Source: Candidatus Woykebacteria bacterium RBG_13_40_15
GTDB taxonomy: Bacteria; Patescibacteriota; Microgenomatia; Woykebacterales; RBG-16-39-9b
NCBI GenBank assembly: GCA_001816655.1
Contig: MHCP01000015.1
Location: 6,485 to 70,484 of the forward strand
Reading direction: 5' to 3'
Length of the DNA: 64,000 nucleotides
Position numbers and translations under genes: made by a program. Position 1 is the first letter of the stretch. Every line of letters begins with the position of its first letter. The notes beneath the pieces were generated by a model that was given only the letters and a program-made list of their open reading frames with translations, made no database searches and had not been told where the DNA came from. Below are positions 1-9,262 of this stretch, in pieces.

Positions 1-1
1 A

Positions 2-550
2 CAACGTTCCTTAATTGCTCTATCGCTGGGTATCCTACTATTCGCCGCTTTAAATTTCCTAATACCGCACACCCACCTGGTTAGGGAAAAAGGGCATTTA
101 GATAGCCATTTGTATAAGACAGCTTATTTAGTTGCTATTGGTCTTGTTTTGCATGATTTTCCTGAAGGTTTTGCGATGGCAAATTCTTACATTTTTTCGC
201 CTTCTTTAGGATTACTAATCGCTATTAGCATCGCAATTCATAATATACCAGAAGAATTTGCAATGGCTACTCCAATTGTTTTAGTGAAGGAGAAAAGCTT
301 TCTGTTCAAAGCCGCTTTCTTTTCCGGATTGGCAGAGCCAGCCGGAGCTATTGTAGGGCTTTTTGCGGTTCATTTTATGGCTGCTTTAAATCCGCTGTTT
401 ATGTCTTTCGCAGCCGGTGCGATGATTTTTGTAGCAATACACGAATTATTGCCAATGGCGGCGACGTACAAAAAAATTCCTCTATTTATTTTAGGTGTAA
501 TTCTCAGCGCTTTTGTTTATCTGGGACTAACCTTACTAATACCAGAGTAA
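2..550 (+). CDS. ZIP family metal transporter (5' partial)
   Basis: Frame is open from base 2; LHDFPEG and HNIPEE motifs; hydrophobic helices. Confidence 0.88.
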   Translation, partial: QRSLIALSLGILLFAALNFLIPHTHLVREKGHLDSHLYKTAYLVAIGLVLHDFPEGFAMANSYIFSPSLGLLIAISIAIHNIPEEFAMATPIVLVKEKSFLFKAAFFSGLAEPAGAIVGLFAVHFMAALNPLFMSFAAGAMIFVAIHELLPMAATYKKIPLFILGVILSAFVYLGLTLLIPE

Positions 551-672
551 TTATTCTAATTTATACATATTGTATTATTTTTTGGTTTTGCTGCTTTCCC
601 TTACCTACGCAGCTAATAGCTAGCTGTATTACTCTTGCTTTACCGATTGCTAGCCTGATATAATTTCTATTC

Positions 673-1419
673 ATGGGCCAAATTTGGATCTATACGATAG
701 TCAGCGTCCTAGTAGTTAGCATAATTTCCTTAGTCGGGGTAATTACTTTACTTTTGCAGAAAACACTTCTTAAAAAACTTTTGTTGGTTTTTGTCAGCTT
801 TGCTACCGGCGCATTGTTTGGGGGAATTTTTTTCCATCTTCTTCCCGAAGTAGCTGAAGAGGGTTGGAATCTGCAAATTTCGATTTACATTTTGGCGGGT
901 ATTATCGTTTTCTTTATCTTCGAAAAATTAATCCGCTGGCGCCACTGCCACGAACCGACAAGCAGCGAGCACCCTCATCCCCTTGGAATAATGAACCTTC
1001 TTGGTGATTCGGTTCATAATTTTACCGATGGTCTGGTAATCGCTGGGAGTTACCTAGCTAGTATCCCCTTAGGCCTTGCAACCACTTTAGCGGTTATTTT
1101 CCACGAGATACCTCAAGAAATAGGAGACTTCGGTATCTTAATTTACGCAGGCTATTCAAAAAGAAAGGCCTTGTTTTTTAACTTTCTTACGGCGCTCACT
1201 GCTGTTTTAGGAGCCTTAGTAGCTTTAATAATAAGCTCTAGAATTGAAAATATCTCCTCTTATCTGGTTCCCTTTGCGGCTGGTGGTTTTCTTTACATCG
1301 CTGGTTCTGATCTTTTACCGGAACTTCATAAACAGACAGCGATATCAAAATCCTTAATCCAACTTTTCTCTCTTCTTCTTGGAATAGCAGTAATGGCACT
1401 GCTTATTTTTGTAGAGTAA
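673..1419 (+). CDS. ZIP family metal transporter
   Basis: HNFTDG and HEIPQEIGDF motifs, His-rich loop. Confidence 0.92.
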   Translation: MGQIWIYTIVSVLVVSIISLVGVITLLLQKTLLKKLLLVFVSFATGALFGGIFFHLLPEVAEEGWNLQISIYILAGIIVFFIFEKLIRWRHCHEPTSSEHPHPLGIMNLLGDSVHNFTDGLVIAGSYLASIPLGLATTLAVIFHEIPQEIGDFGILIYAGYSKRKALFFNFLTALTAVLGALVALIISSRIENISSYLVPFAAGGFLYIAGSDLLPELHKQTAISKSLIQLFSLLLGIAVMALLIFVE

Positions 1420-1428
1420 AATTGGTTA

Positions 1429-1869
1429 ATGAACCATAAACATACACCGACCTCCAACTTTAAATTAGCTTTTTCTGCTACTACTCACTGCCTTGTCGGC
1501 TGTGGTTTGGGAGAAGTTTCCGGGGTAATAGTTGGAACAATATTTGGTTTAACTTTCATTGTTAGTATTGCTCTGGGAATAGTGGCGGGTTTTATATTTG
1601 GCTACCTTTTAGGATTGCTGCCGCTTCTCAGGGCAAAAATGTCCTTGAAGAGTGCGACAAAAATAGTAGTTGCTACGGAAACAGCCAGTATCGCTGTAAT
1701 GGAAACAGGCGAGGTTTTAACCGAATTTTTCTTTCCTGGAATGATGAATGCCGCTTTAGTGGACATACTTTTTTGGGTTGGATTAACGGCTGCGCTACTC
1801 GTTGGTTTTGCTGCTGCCTTTCCGGTTAATCTCTACCTAGTGCGCCGAGGTATAAGACACCAGCATTAA
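1429..1869 (+). CDS. DUF4396-like membrane protein
   Basis: ATTHCLVGCGLGE motif, C-terminal PVNLYLVRRG. Confidence 0.75.
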   Translation: MNHKHTPTSNFKLAFSATTHCLVGCGLGEVSGVIVGTIFGLTFIVSIALGIVAGFIFGYLLGLLPLLRAKMSLKSATKIVVATETASIAVMETGEVLTEFFFPGMMNAALVDILFWVGLTAALLVGFAAAFPVNLYLVRRGIRHQH

Positions 1870-2594
1870 TCGTTCTTCAAATTAACCAAATCAATTGTAT
1901 TTTGGGTGTAGTTTTCTAAATTTATGACCTCTTGCGGGGTTAAAACTTCACAGACTTGAGCCCAGTGGAAGGAAGCAATATCCCCCACTTTCACATCCGG
2001 CGCTATTTTCGGATTCCACTCAATTTCCTTTTCAACTTCCTTTCCAAACCCATACGTCTTTCCTACTAACAATGGTTTATATTTTACTTTTAACTTTTTT
2101 CTTTTTACTTCAAGTATTCGTCCCCATCCTATCCGGCAAAGATCGAGCATTTCCCCTTGCAATTTTATCCTTCCAGTAACTGCTCCAAGTATTAGTACAT
2201 GGAAACTGTGATGAGGAACGGCTCCTTTTGGAACTTGGTCGGCTCTTTGGCTTGCTACTTCTTCAGTTAAAAGTCCCGGCTGCGTAAAACCAGTCAAGAT
2301 TAGGTTTTTCAAATCCTTTTCGTCAACCTTGCCCAACAAACTATTTCCAACCCAAAAAGCTTTTACTACTTTCTCATCAAGGGGGTCGGTAATATTATTT
2401 TTCTTGGCAATTAATTGGTAATATTTGTAGGCCGCCTCAAATTTCTCGAAAATACCTCTCACGGCTTTTTCTGAAACATTTTTTCCAGTAGTGTAGTCAA
2501 TCAAAGCTTTCCGGCTTTTTGCGTCCTGCGGACCACAATATCCAAGTGAGTAGGATGGTAAGGAGTAAACCGCGGCTGTTTTAAGACCTGACAA
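1866..2594 (-). CDS. DUF6390-like protein
   Basis: LGYCGP, AFWVGN, PHHSFHV, DLCRIGWG and FHW motifs; likely TTG start at 2594 after GGGGG (ORF track starts at 2639). Confidence 0.7.
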   Translation of the reverse strand: MSGLKTAAVYSLPSYSLGYCGPQDAKSRKALIDYTTGKNVSEKAVRGIFEKFEAAYKYYQLIAKKNNITDPLDEKVVKAFWVGNSLLGKVDEKDLKNLILTGFTQPGLLTEEVASQRADQVPKGAVPHHSFHVLILGAVTGRIKLQGEMLDLCRIGWGRILEVKRKKLKVKYKPLLVGKTYGFGKEVEKEIEWNPKIAPDVKVGDIASFHWAQVCEVLTPQEVINLENYTQNTIDLVNLKND

Positions 2595-3486
2595 CTGTCC
2601 CCCTTTGGGCAGAAATAAATTTACCCGACCAAAAGGCAAATATTAAACCAAATGCGACAACTGCCAGCCCCGCAAATTGATTTGCAGTTAAACTTCTGCC
2701 ACTAAGCAATGTTAGCGCGGTTGTAATTGGAGAGCCTAAAAGTAAAATAACCGTTGCTGTTGTAACCTTGACGCTTTTTAATCCTGTGTACCAAGTTAAA
2801 ACGTAGCTGGCTAGCAGGCTTGATGCAATTAAAATCCAAGGAATTTGTGCCATTGAAAGTTTCGCAACGGAATTAATATTACCTGTAAAAACAAGGAAAA
2901 TTAGAATAAACAGCGAACCTATTCCCATTCTGCCAAGTGCAACAAGCCGTGGAGATATTGTTTTTAGGGCGGCCTTTGAAATCGTATATTCAAACGCCCA
3001 GAAGAGAGTTGCGGCTAAGATTAAATAATCGCCGGCATTCAAACTAGCGGGTAGCGATTTCAAAAGCAATAAATTACCGAGCAATAAAACTGCACCTAAT
3101 AAATAGAGCTTGAGACTAATTTTTTCACGCAGAATTGTTGCTGCAAAGAAAGCGACGTAAACAAACATTGTCTTCTGAACGAACGAGCCGTTCGCAGCAG
3201 TAGTAAGTGAGAGTCCTTTGAAAAAAAGCAGGAAGGGGATCGCCCCACCGAAAAGCCCAATTGCTAAAAGCCATAACCAGTCTTTCTTTTTTAATTTTTT
3301 AACCTGATTAATTTCTCTAAATCCTAAAACCAGCGCCAAAAGGAAGACGGCGACAAGTGTATTTTTCAGAAAAGTGAACAAATATGGATTAAATTCAGCT
3401 ACACCGAACTGATTTATAAAAACGGAAAAGCCACTGATTACGGCTGTTGAAAAGACTAAAATTAATCCCGTTCTTTGATTAACCAT
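2581..3486 (-). CDS. EamA/DMT family transporter
   Basis: About 10 TM helices in two repeats; likely start MVNQRT. Confidence 0.85.
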   Translation of the reverse strand: MVNQRTGLILVFSTAVISGFSVFINQFGVAEFNPYLFTFLKNTLVAVFLLALVLGFREINQVKKLKKKDWLWLLAIGLFGGAIPFLLFFKGLSLTTAANGSFVQKTMFVYVAFFAATILREKISLKLYLLGAVLLLGNLLLLKSLPASLNAGDYLILAATLFWAFEYTISKAALKTISPRLVALGRMGIGSLFILIFLVFTGNINSVAKLSMAQIPWILIASSLLASYVLTWYTGLKSVKVTTATVILLLGSPITTALTLLSGRSLTANQFAGLAVVAFGLIFAFWSGKFISAQRGTVVRS

Positions 3487-3691
3487 TCCAGGCCTTGACA
3501 ATTTTCAAAACCTTCTCGGCATCTGCCTTTCCTACCTTTTTTATCGCCATTCCGTGACTAAAATATAAATAATCGCCAACTTTTATATTTGGTAGCAAGC
3601 TAGTATCTATATCCTTTTCTTCGCCAAGCGCATCAACGGTAGCAGTAGTTTTATTTAATTTTAGAACCCTAACTGGAGTAGCGAGGCACAT
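3479..3691 (-). CDS. hypC: HypC/HupF family hydrogenase maturation chaperone
   Basis: MCLATP N-terminus, VGDYLYFSHGMAI motif. Confidence 0.85.
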   Translation of the reverse strand: MCLATPVRVLKLNKTTATVDALGEEKDIDTSLLPNIKVGDYLYFSHGMAIKKVGKADAEKVLKIVKAWNG

Positions 3692-3693
3692 TT

Positions 3694-4296
3694 TTAACTA
3701 GTAAGTTTATGCAATCCGTTTAACAAGACTTCGCCAAAAGTATCAATCCAGGTAGTTTTGGGTATTTCGCGATACGGAATATAGCGGGCCAGCATTTGTT
3801 GGATTTTTTCCTTATCGTCCTTATTAACTAAAATGAAAAGGCGACGAGGCCAATTTAGAAAGGTATCGATATGTAGGATAGTGAAACCATTTTTTTCCGT
3901 AAACCAAAAATCATCAAGTTCCTGCCAAATATAGCTATAATTACCGTTATTTATACCTTGACTAGTAATTGAATTGTTGACTATTTCTGGTGGAACGGTA
4001 GCTAGACTGTAGGCGACGAAAACCAAAGCTAATACAGGAATAATAATAAAAAACTCTCTTACGAAAAGGAGAATCAGTATTATTGTCGCGAGCAACAAAA
4101 AGGTGTAGATGTACCACTTCGCACTACGCCTAGTATAGGTTCGGGAAAAAGATTGCCATCGGAACAGGGTTTTGACTGTCTTCCTTTTATCGGATTGTGA
4201 GCCATTCTCAAGTTCAGAAATCTTTCCTTGTAAGGAAGCTAACTCTGATTTTAATTTTCCTAATGTTTTCTCTCTATCCGGCATTTTTTCCCTCAA
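3694..4296 (-). CDS. Conserved hypothetical membrane protein (two TM helices plus soluble domain)
   Basis: Long ORF with central TM hairpin; start uncertain. Confidence 0.65.
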   Translation of the reverse strand: MREKMPDREKTLGKLKSELASLQGKISELENGSQSDKRKTVKTLFRWQSFSRTYTRRSAKWYIYTFLLLATIILILLFVREFFIIIPVLALVFVAYSLATVPPEIVNNSITSQGINNGNYSYIWQELDDFWFTEKNGFTILHIDTFLNWPRRLFILVNKDDKEKIQQMLARYIPYREIPKTTWIDTFGEVLLNGLHKLTS

Positions 4297-4300
4297 ACTG

Positions 4301-4370
4301 TGGCGAGACGTACATTTTTCTTTGAAATTATTACGTCTCTAGCCACGTAGAAATCTTTGATTTCGTACGT
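4301..4370. repeat. ACGT-core palindromic repeat cluster at tRNA 3' end (copy 1)
   Basis: TGGCGAGACGT...ACGTCTCTAGC and CCACGT...ACGTGG hairpins. Confidence 0.75.
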
Positions 4371-4459
4371 GGCGGAGAGGGTGGGATTCGAACCCACGAT
4401 AACATTGCTGCTATACCGGTTTTCAAGACCAGCGCCTTAAACCGCTCGGCCACCTCTCC
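4370..4459 (-). tRNA. tRNA-Ser(TGA)
   Basis: GGAGAGG acceptor, CT-TGA-AA anticodon loop, long variable arm, GTTCGAATC, encoded CCA. Confidence 0.96.
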
Positions 4460-4575
4460 AGTAGGAGAGATACCCTAAAACCTCTCCACTTCTATTTTAA
4501 ACTATTTCCAATCAAATTACCTAGACTTCTTCTACCCCAACCGCTTTTTAAAACGTATACGTAGTAGATCATATT

Positions 4576-4693
4576 GGCGAGACGTAATAATTTCAAAGAA
4601 ATTAAACGTCTCTAGCTCGTACGTGGCACGTAAAATCGCTTCGCGATTAACGTGCCTAGGACGTTAATTTTGCAACGCAAGATTTTACGTCCT
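4576..4693. repeat. ACGT-core palindromic repeat cluster at tRNA 3' end (copy 2)
   Basis: Same TGGCGAGACGT...ACGTCTCTAGC unit plus GGCACGT...ACGTGCC and AGGACGT...ACGTCCT hairpins. Confidence 0.75.
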
Positions 4694-4782
4694 GGCGGAG
4701 GAGGTGGGATTCGAACCCACGTGAGCCTCTCGGCTCGCAGGTTTAGCAAACCTGTGCACTGGACCAACTATGCGACTCCTCC
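4693..4782 (-). tRNA. tRNA-Ser(GCT)
   Basis: GGAGGAG acceptor, TT-GCT-AA loop, long variable arm, encoded CCA. Confidence 0.96.
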
Positions 4783-4834
4783 AAGCCCGAGAACTAATGG
4801 AGCAGGCAAATTTTAACAAAAAAACACTACTCTT

Positions 4835-5527
4835 TCAACGCGACAGGTAATTTTTATGGGAGCTTGCTAGTATCAAAGCCCAGATATTACCAGCACCTTT
4901 TCTCTTTAGTACTTTTGTAACTTCTCTAACGGTCGCTCCTGTCGTCCAGACATCATCAAAAACCAAATAGTTTTTGCTGCGAACTTCGGCTTCTTTTGTA
5001 ATATCAAAAGAATTAGTAACCTCGATTAGTCTCTCCTTCTTGGGAAGTGTTGCCTGAGGTTTTGTTTGTTTTGTCTTAATTAAGATGTTGGGATCAAAAT
5101 CTATTCCTAGTAGGGAGGCGATTTTACGACCCAAAATTTCAGTTTGATTAAATCCCCTCCACCTTTTTTTATTTGAGGAAACTGGAATGGGAACTAGAAA
5201 ATACTGTTTAAAATTGTGGTTTGCTAGGTTTTTAGATTTTTTAGTTTCCTCAATGATTGTTGTTTCTAAATCAGTGGTAAATCTGTATTTCAATTGTCCA
5301 ATCAAATCTTTAATTGGGCTTGAGTATTGAAATAGACAAACTAAACCATCTAGACTATATCTTGTTTTGCATTTTGGGTGTGTTGTTCCTCCAATGGCAG
5401 CCTTTAGGCAGACGGGACAAAATTGCTCTGTTGGCTTTATTTTCAATCTATCGTTTTCACAAAGATATGTGCCGAGGCTGCTGCAAACGACACATCTTTT
5501 GGGAAAGATAAGGTCAAGTAAGCCCAT
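4835..5527 (-). CDS. comF: ComF family protein
   Basis: N-terminal Cys zinc motifs, RGFNQ, DDVWTTGAT PRT motif. Confidence 0.93.
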   Translation of the reverse strand: MGLLDLIFPKRCVVCSSLGTYLCENDRLKIKPTEQFCPVCLKAAIGGTTHPKCKTRYSLDGLVCLFQYSSPIKDLIGQLKYRFTTDLETTIIEETKKSKNLANHNFKQYFLVPIPVSSNKKRWRGFNQTEILGRKIASLLGIDFDPNILIKTKQTKPQATLPKKERLIEVTNSFDITKEAEVRSKNYLVFDDVWTTGATVREVTKVLKRKGAGNIWALILASSHKNYLSR

Positions 5528-5556
5528 TTATTTATAATTTTAACCGCTAAAACACA

Positions 5557-5581
5557 ACCCCGCACCTTTTAGGTGCGGGGT
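5557..5581 (-). terminator. Hairpin downstream of tmRNA
   Basis: ACCCCGCACCT/AGGTGCGGGGT 11-bp stem. Confidence 0.65.
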
Positions 5582-5638
5582 GTCATCTTTCGATAAACTC
5601 AAGATCCTGAGCACCACCTTTAGGGTGGTACCGAAGGA

Positions 5639-5996
5639 TGGTGGAGATGCCCGGCTCTTCCCCGGGGTCCGAAAAGATAACTTACTAGAGAAACTACAAG
5701 CTTAGTCAACATTTAATTTCAGTTTAGGCCTACTAGTTGACGAGCCAGCCTAAACCTAGGTCGCAAGTCTAACTTTCCATAGAAGAACCGGTTCTACAAA
5801 AAGCCTCTTAGCAAGGGTTGCGCCTTGCCATCTCCGCTAAGATAGAGAAACGACAAGACGGCTCATTACGCTACTGCGTATTGAGCGGAAAATGCTTTGT
5901 TGGCATTTATTAGGTTGATCGGAATTTTAACGGTGGTCCCGATCGACACCGGCTTGCTCTTTAGCTAGAGTCTTCCCGTCGAATATATACATCCCC
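5639..5996 (-). ncRNA. ssrA: tmRNA
   Basis: 5' GGGGATG and 3' CATCTCCACCA acceptor with G.U pair; tag frame ANKAFSAQYAVA followed by two stops; adjacent to smpB. Confidence 0.93.
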
Positions 5997-6043
5997 ATGA
6001 TAAGTCAAAACTCAAAATTCAAAAGTCAAATTAAAACTGGTTG

Positions 6044-6508
6044 TTAAAGTGCTTCTTTCTGATGCTTCAGTTTTTCTTCCCGCAAAGTGCTTTCAGCTTC
6101 CCTTTGGAGGGCTTTTCTCTTTAAAGCCTCACGTTTATCGTACTTTTTCTTTGGAGAGGCCAGAGCGATCTCAATTTTAGCATAATTACGTTTAAAATAC
6201 AAGCGCGTAGGGACCACTACCAAATTTGCTCCAGCAAGTTTTCCGGCCAAGTAGTTTATTTCTTTTTTATGCAGAAGGAGTTTTCTGTCCTTACGGCCAC
6301 TACTAGTAGTGGCTCCCTTTTCATATGGACCAATGTAGGCATTAACGAGTACGGCTTCTCTGCTACGGATTAAAGCATAAGAGTCGGTTAAATCCACCTT
6401 GTTTTCTCTAACTGCCTTTATCTCCTCTCCAGTTAAACTAATGCCGGCCTCTAATTTTTCGTTCAGGGTGTAGTTGAAGGTTGCTTTCTTATTGAAGATT
6501 GGTTTCAT
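6044..6508 (-). CDS. smpB: SsrA-binding protein SmpB
   Basis: NKKA, EAGISLTGEEIK, RKLLLHKKEI, KKKYDKRE. Confidence 0.96.
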   Translation of the reverse strand: MKPIFNKKATFNYTLNEKLEAGISLTGEEIKAVRENKVDLTDSYALIRSREAVLVNAYIGPYEKGATTSSGRKDRKLLLHKKEINYLAGKLAGANLVVVPTRLYFKRNYAKIEIALASPKKKYDKREALKRKALQREAESTLREEKLKHQKEAL

Positions 6509-8454
6509 TGGAGTTTGAACGAGTAAACTGTATTTTGGGCGAGAAAATAAACTACTTTTTTAGATTCGTCAACAATGATAGCCTTCGCTCCTCTCAAGTT
6601 ATCGGATTGGTATAGGGCGACGTAATTCCCGCTTTGTTTTTCAATCACAAATACGCCGCCTGCTCCCTTATCTAAAATATAAAGGTTTACGAAACCTTCC
6701 TTCGTATAAATATCTGCGATTTCAGAAATCTCCCGCGGTTGATTCTTTATGGAAAAGTCTTGCCTCTTACCATCAAAAAATTTGCTGACGGAGTCCCCCG
6801 TAGCTATCCAAACTGCCCCGTCTATTGCAAAGGAGGTAGCTTCCCCATTAAAATTTTCGGTTAAATATTTCTGTGGTCCTGAAAGTGAGGATCCAGCAGA
6901 AAAATAACGCCAAACCTGTTTTGCCCCAGAATCTAGAAGATAAAATTTATCCCTAAAGGTTTCGGCCTCAATTGGGTTTTTCCAGGAAGGAGAGCTAAAT
7001 GCGGCTCTTTTCTCTTGTTCATTTTGATCTACTTTTAATATCTCGTCTTTGGTTTGGAGATAGAGATAATTTTCGTCAGCGGCTATATTTTTTGATCCCT
7101 CTTTCTCGGAAACAAAAATCTTAGGTTCGGCTCCCTCAAGTGGGATTTTGTACACAGAACCAGAATTTACATCAAATGCATAGAGGTCTGATGCTCCCAT
7201 CTTAATTTCCTTAACATCAATTTTTCCTTTGAGTAGGCTAAGATCGCTAAAAAGCTTCGTTTCCACATTGTAAATTCGGTTGATTTTTGTAAGCAGCCCT
7301 GCCAACTTCTCTTTCAAATTCTTTACCTTGGGGTTTTTTGATGAGGAAATTTTAGATAACTCGCTTTCTGCTTCAGTAACAAGGCTAGCTGCTTTTGCTG
7401 GATTTATTTTTTCCAAATTTTCCGCTTCTGATAGCTTACTTTCCACACTTGCCACAGTAGCATCAAACCTCTCTTTTGATTCTTTTCTTGAGTGATTAAA
7501 AAACCCAACCGAGATACTTATCAGGAAAATGGCAGCTAAAACAAGGGCTATTTCGGCAATGCGTTTCTTTTTCCGACTCGCTTCATCCTCCAATGCTCCC
7601 GGGAGGCGGGGGAGCCAGGGAGATAAAATAATAAAGAGGGCCTTTCTGACATACGGTTTGGAGAAAGAAAGGGCACGCCTTGCCTCAAGCTTTACCCGAA
7701 ACAAAAAATTATTAAAAAATTCAACTTTTAATTTTGGTTTTGGTATTTTATCTATCGAGTTTTTGAATGCTTCTTGAAACTTTTGCCCCCTCTCTTCTTC
7801 TCCTATTTCTTTTTTATCTAAATCGGCAATCAAAACCGGATACGGTTTTTCTACAGGCTCTTGCACTGAAAGTCGCACATATAAAGCCTCCCCTACCTCT
7901 TTTATTTCGGTTTGAATTGCCTCCAGGCTTTCTTTGAAATCGTCTTTCTGACAAAATTTGCCTAGGGCTTCTTTATTTACATTTTTTGAGAAGGTAGAGT
8001 CTGCTAGAAAAATTCCATCTTTATCAAAAAGTGAGCCGGAAGCTACTTTAGAAAAATTAATTTTCTTTGTATTCCCACCCCTTGCAAGAAAGAGGCCACA
8101 ATCGCCGCTTTTACCGACATAAAGTACTGACCCCCAAAGGCAAGCAACAACCATTTGAGCTGGCATTTGTTCTTTCGCAATAGAGGCTTTTACAGTTTCT
8201 ATTGCTTCTTCCATTGCTTTTAAATTACTTCCGCTAGCTTTGTAAAAGGTATTTTTAAATAAATCGAGGATCCCTCGGCCAGCTACCAGTCCTTTATCTT
8301 CCGATTCACTTTTTACTTCGACCAAAGCAAGGGTCATTCCTCGTAGTTGCTTTAAATGTTCATCTGTCGGGGTGTATTGAAAAGTCGAAGAAAAAACTCC
8401 TTCTTGGTTTTTTCCGTGGATTTCGCCTACTTGGGCAAACAAGGTTTTTTCCAT
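6505..8454 (-). CDS. Membrane protein: degenerate PP2C-like N-domain, TM helix, C-terminal beta-propeller
   Basis: Central TM segment; repeated YLLD/YILD/FAIDG blade motifs. Confidence 0.6.
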   Translation of the reverse strand: MEKTLFAQVGEIHGKNQEGVFSSTFQYTPTDEHLKQLRGMTLALVEVKSESEDKGLVAGRGILDLFKNTFYKASGSNLKAMEEAIETVKASIAKEQMPAQMVVACLWGSVLYVGKSGDCGLFLARGGNTKKINFSKVASGSLFDKDGIFLADSTFSKNVNKEALGKFCQKDDFKESLEAIQTEIKEVGEALYVRLSVQEPVEKPYPVLIADLDKKEIGEEERGQKFQEAFKNSIDKIPKPKLKVEFFNNFLFRVKLEARRALSFSKPYVRKALFIILSPWLPRLPGALEDEASRKKKRIAEIALVLAAIFLISISVGFFNHSRKESKERFDATVASVESKLSEAENLEKINPAKAASLVTEAESELSKISSSKNPKVKNLKEKLAGLLTKINRIYNVETKLFSDLSLLKGKIDVKEIKMGASDLYAFDVNSGSVYKIPLEGAEPKIFVSEKEGSKNIAADENYLYLQTKDEILKVDQNEQEKRAAFSSPSWKNPIEAETFRDKFYLLDSGAKQVWRYFSAGSSLSGPQKYLTENFNGEATSFAIDGAVWIATGDSVSKFFDGKRQDFSIKNQPREISEIADIYTKEGFVNLYILDKGAGGVFVIEKQSGNYVALYQSDNLRGAKAIIVDESKKVVYFLAQNTVYSFKLQ

Positions 8455-8457
8455 AAA

Positions 8458-8709
8458 TTACCTAATTAACAATGAGACGGCAAAAATAAAAATTACTACT
8501 GCTCCCAATAAGTTGGCCAGGCTTAGGGCGTCCAATACTATTCCCGTGTTAGTCTGTATATTTTTATTTAACACTCTTACCTGCTTATAGACCAGAAATG
8601 AAAATATTAAATACATTCCTAGTACAAAGGATAAAAATAGCACAGTCAAAAAATCGAAGTTTAAGTTCTCCAAATTAATTTTAGTTAGGTTGAATAGTTC
8701 TATTTTCAT
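8458..8709 (-). CDS. Small two-TM hypothetical protein
   Basis: Hydrophobic ORF in operon; likely start MKIEL. Confidence 0.6.
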   Translation of the reverse strand: MKIELFNLTKINLENLNFDFLTVLFLSFVLGMYLIFSFLVYKQVRVLNKNIQTNTGIVLDALSLANLLGAVVIFIFAVSLLIR

Positions 8710-9250
8710 ATCTCCCTTCCGCTTTTTTATTATCGGAAACAAGATCCAAAATCTTTTTTACATTGCCTTCCGGATCTGGAATTCCTAAAAAATCGAAGTT
8801 TAACAAAGTTCCTGCTGTCTGAATGTGAACATCCCCATAATCAAAAAAATTCTGGGCTATGCCTCCCTTTGAGTATGTAACATCTTGAACATTTTGCAAG
8901 GCCATTTGGGAAACTTTATGATAAAAGATGCTGTAAAAATTTATATCCACGATCCTCTTGTTGGTTAAAATGTAGATATTAAAATACCAAAACAAAAAAT
9001 ACTGAAAAGACGCCCCAAGCACAATTAGCTCCCAGGTAAGAAATGCTAGCAGGGAAGTGCTCGCTGAAATCTGTAAGTTGAAACCCAAAATATTTGGCAA
9101 AAATGGGATAATAATCGGCAGAGCAGCTAAAAAGGCAGCAATTAAAACCCACTTCAAATTTGTAATTATATGTGGTCTAAGTAAAAAAAGAACTTTTTCT
9201 TCTTTTAGCTCACCTTCGAATCGAGCGGGTTCTTGCAAGCTTCCTGCCAT
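8681..9250 (-). CDS. Bacterial PH-domain membrane protein
   Basis: YILTNKRIVD and FDYGDVHIQTAG motifs after two TM helices. Confidence 0.75.
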   Translation of the reverse strand: MAGSLQEPARFEGELKEEKVLFLLRPHIITNLKWVLIAAFLAALPIIIPFLPNILGFNLQISASTSLLAFLTWELIVLGASFQYFLFWYFNIYILTNKRIVDINFYSIFYHKVSQMALQNVQDVTYSKGGIAQNFFDYGDVHIQTAGTLLNFDFLGIPDPEGNVKKILDLVSDNKKAEGRYENRTIQPN

Positions 9251-9262
9251 ACCAACATTGTA

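Noticed and set aside
4301-4693. CRISPR array
   Set aside because: The units are palindromes with related cores, not constant repeats with unique spacers; no cas genes.
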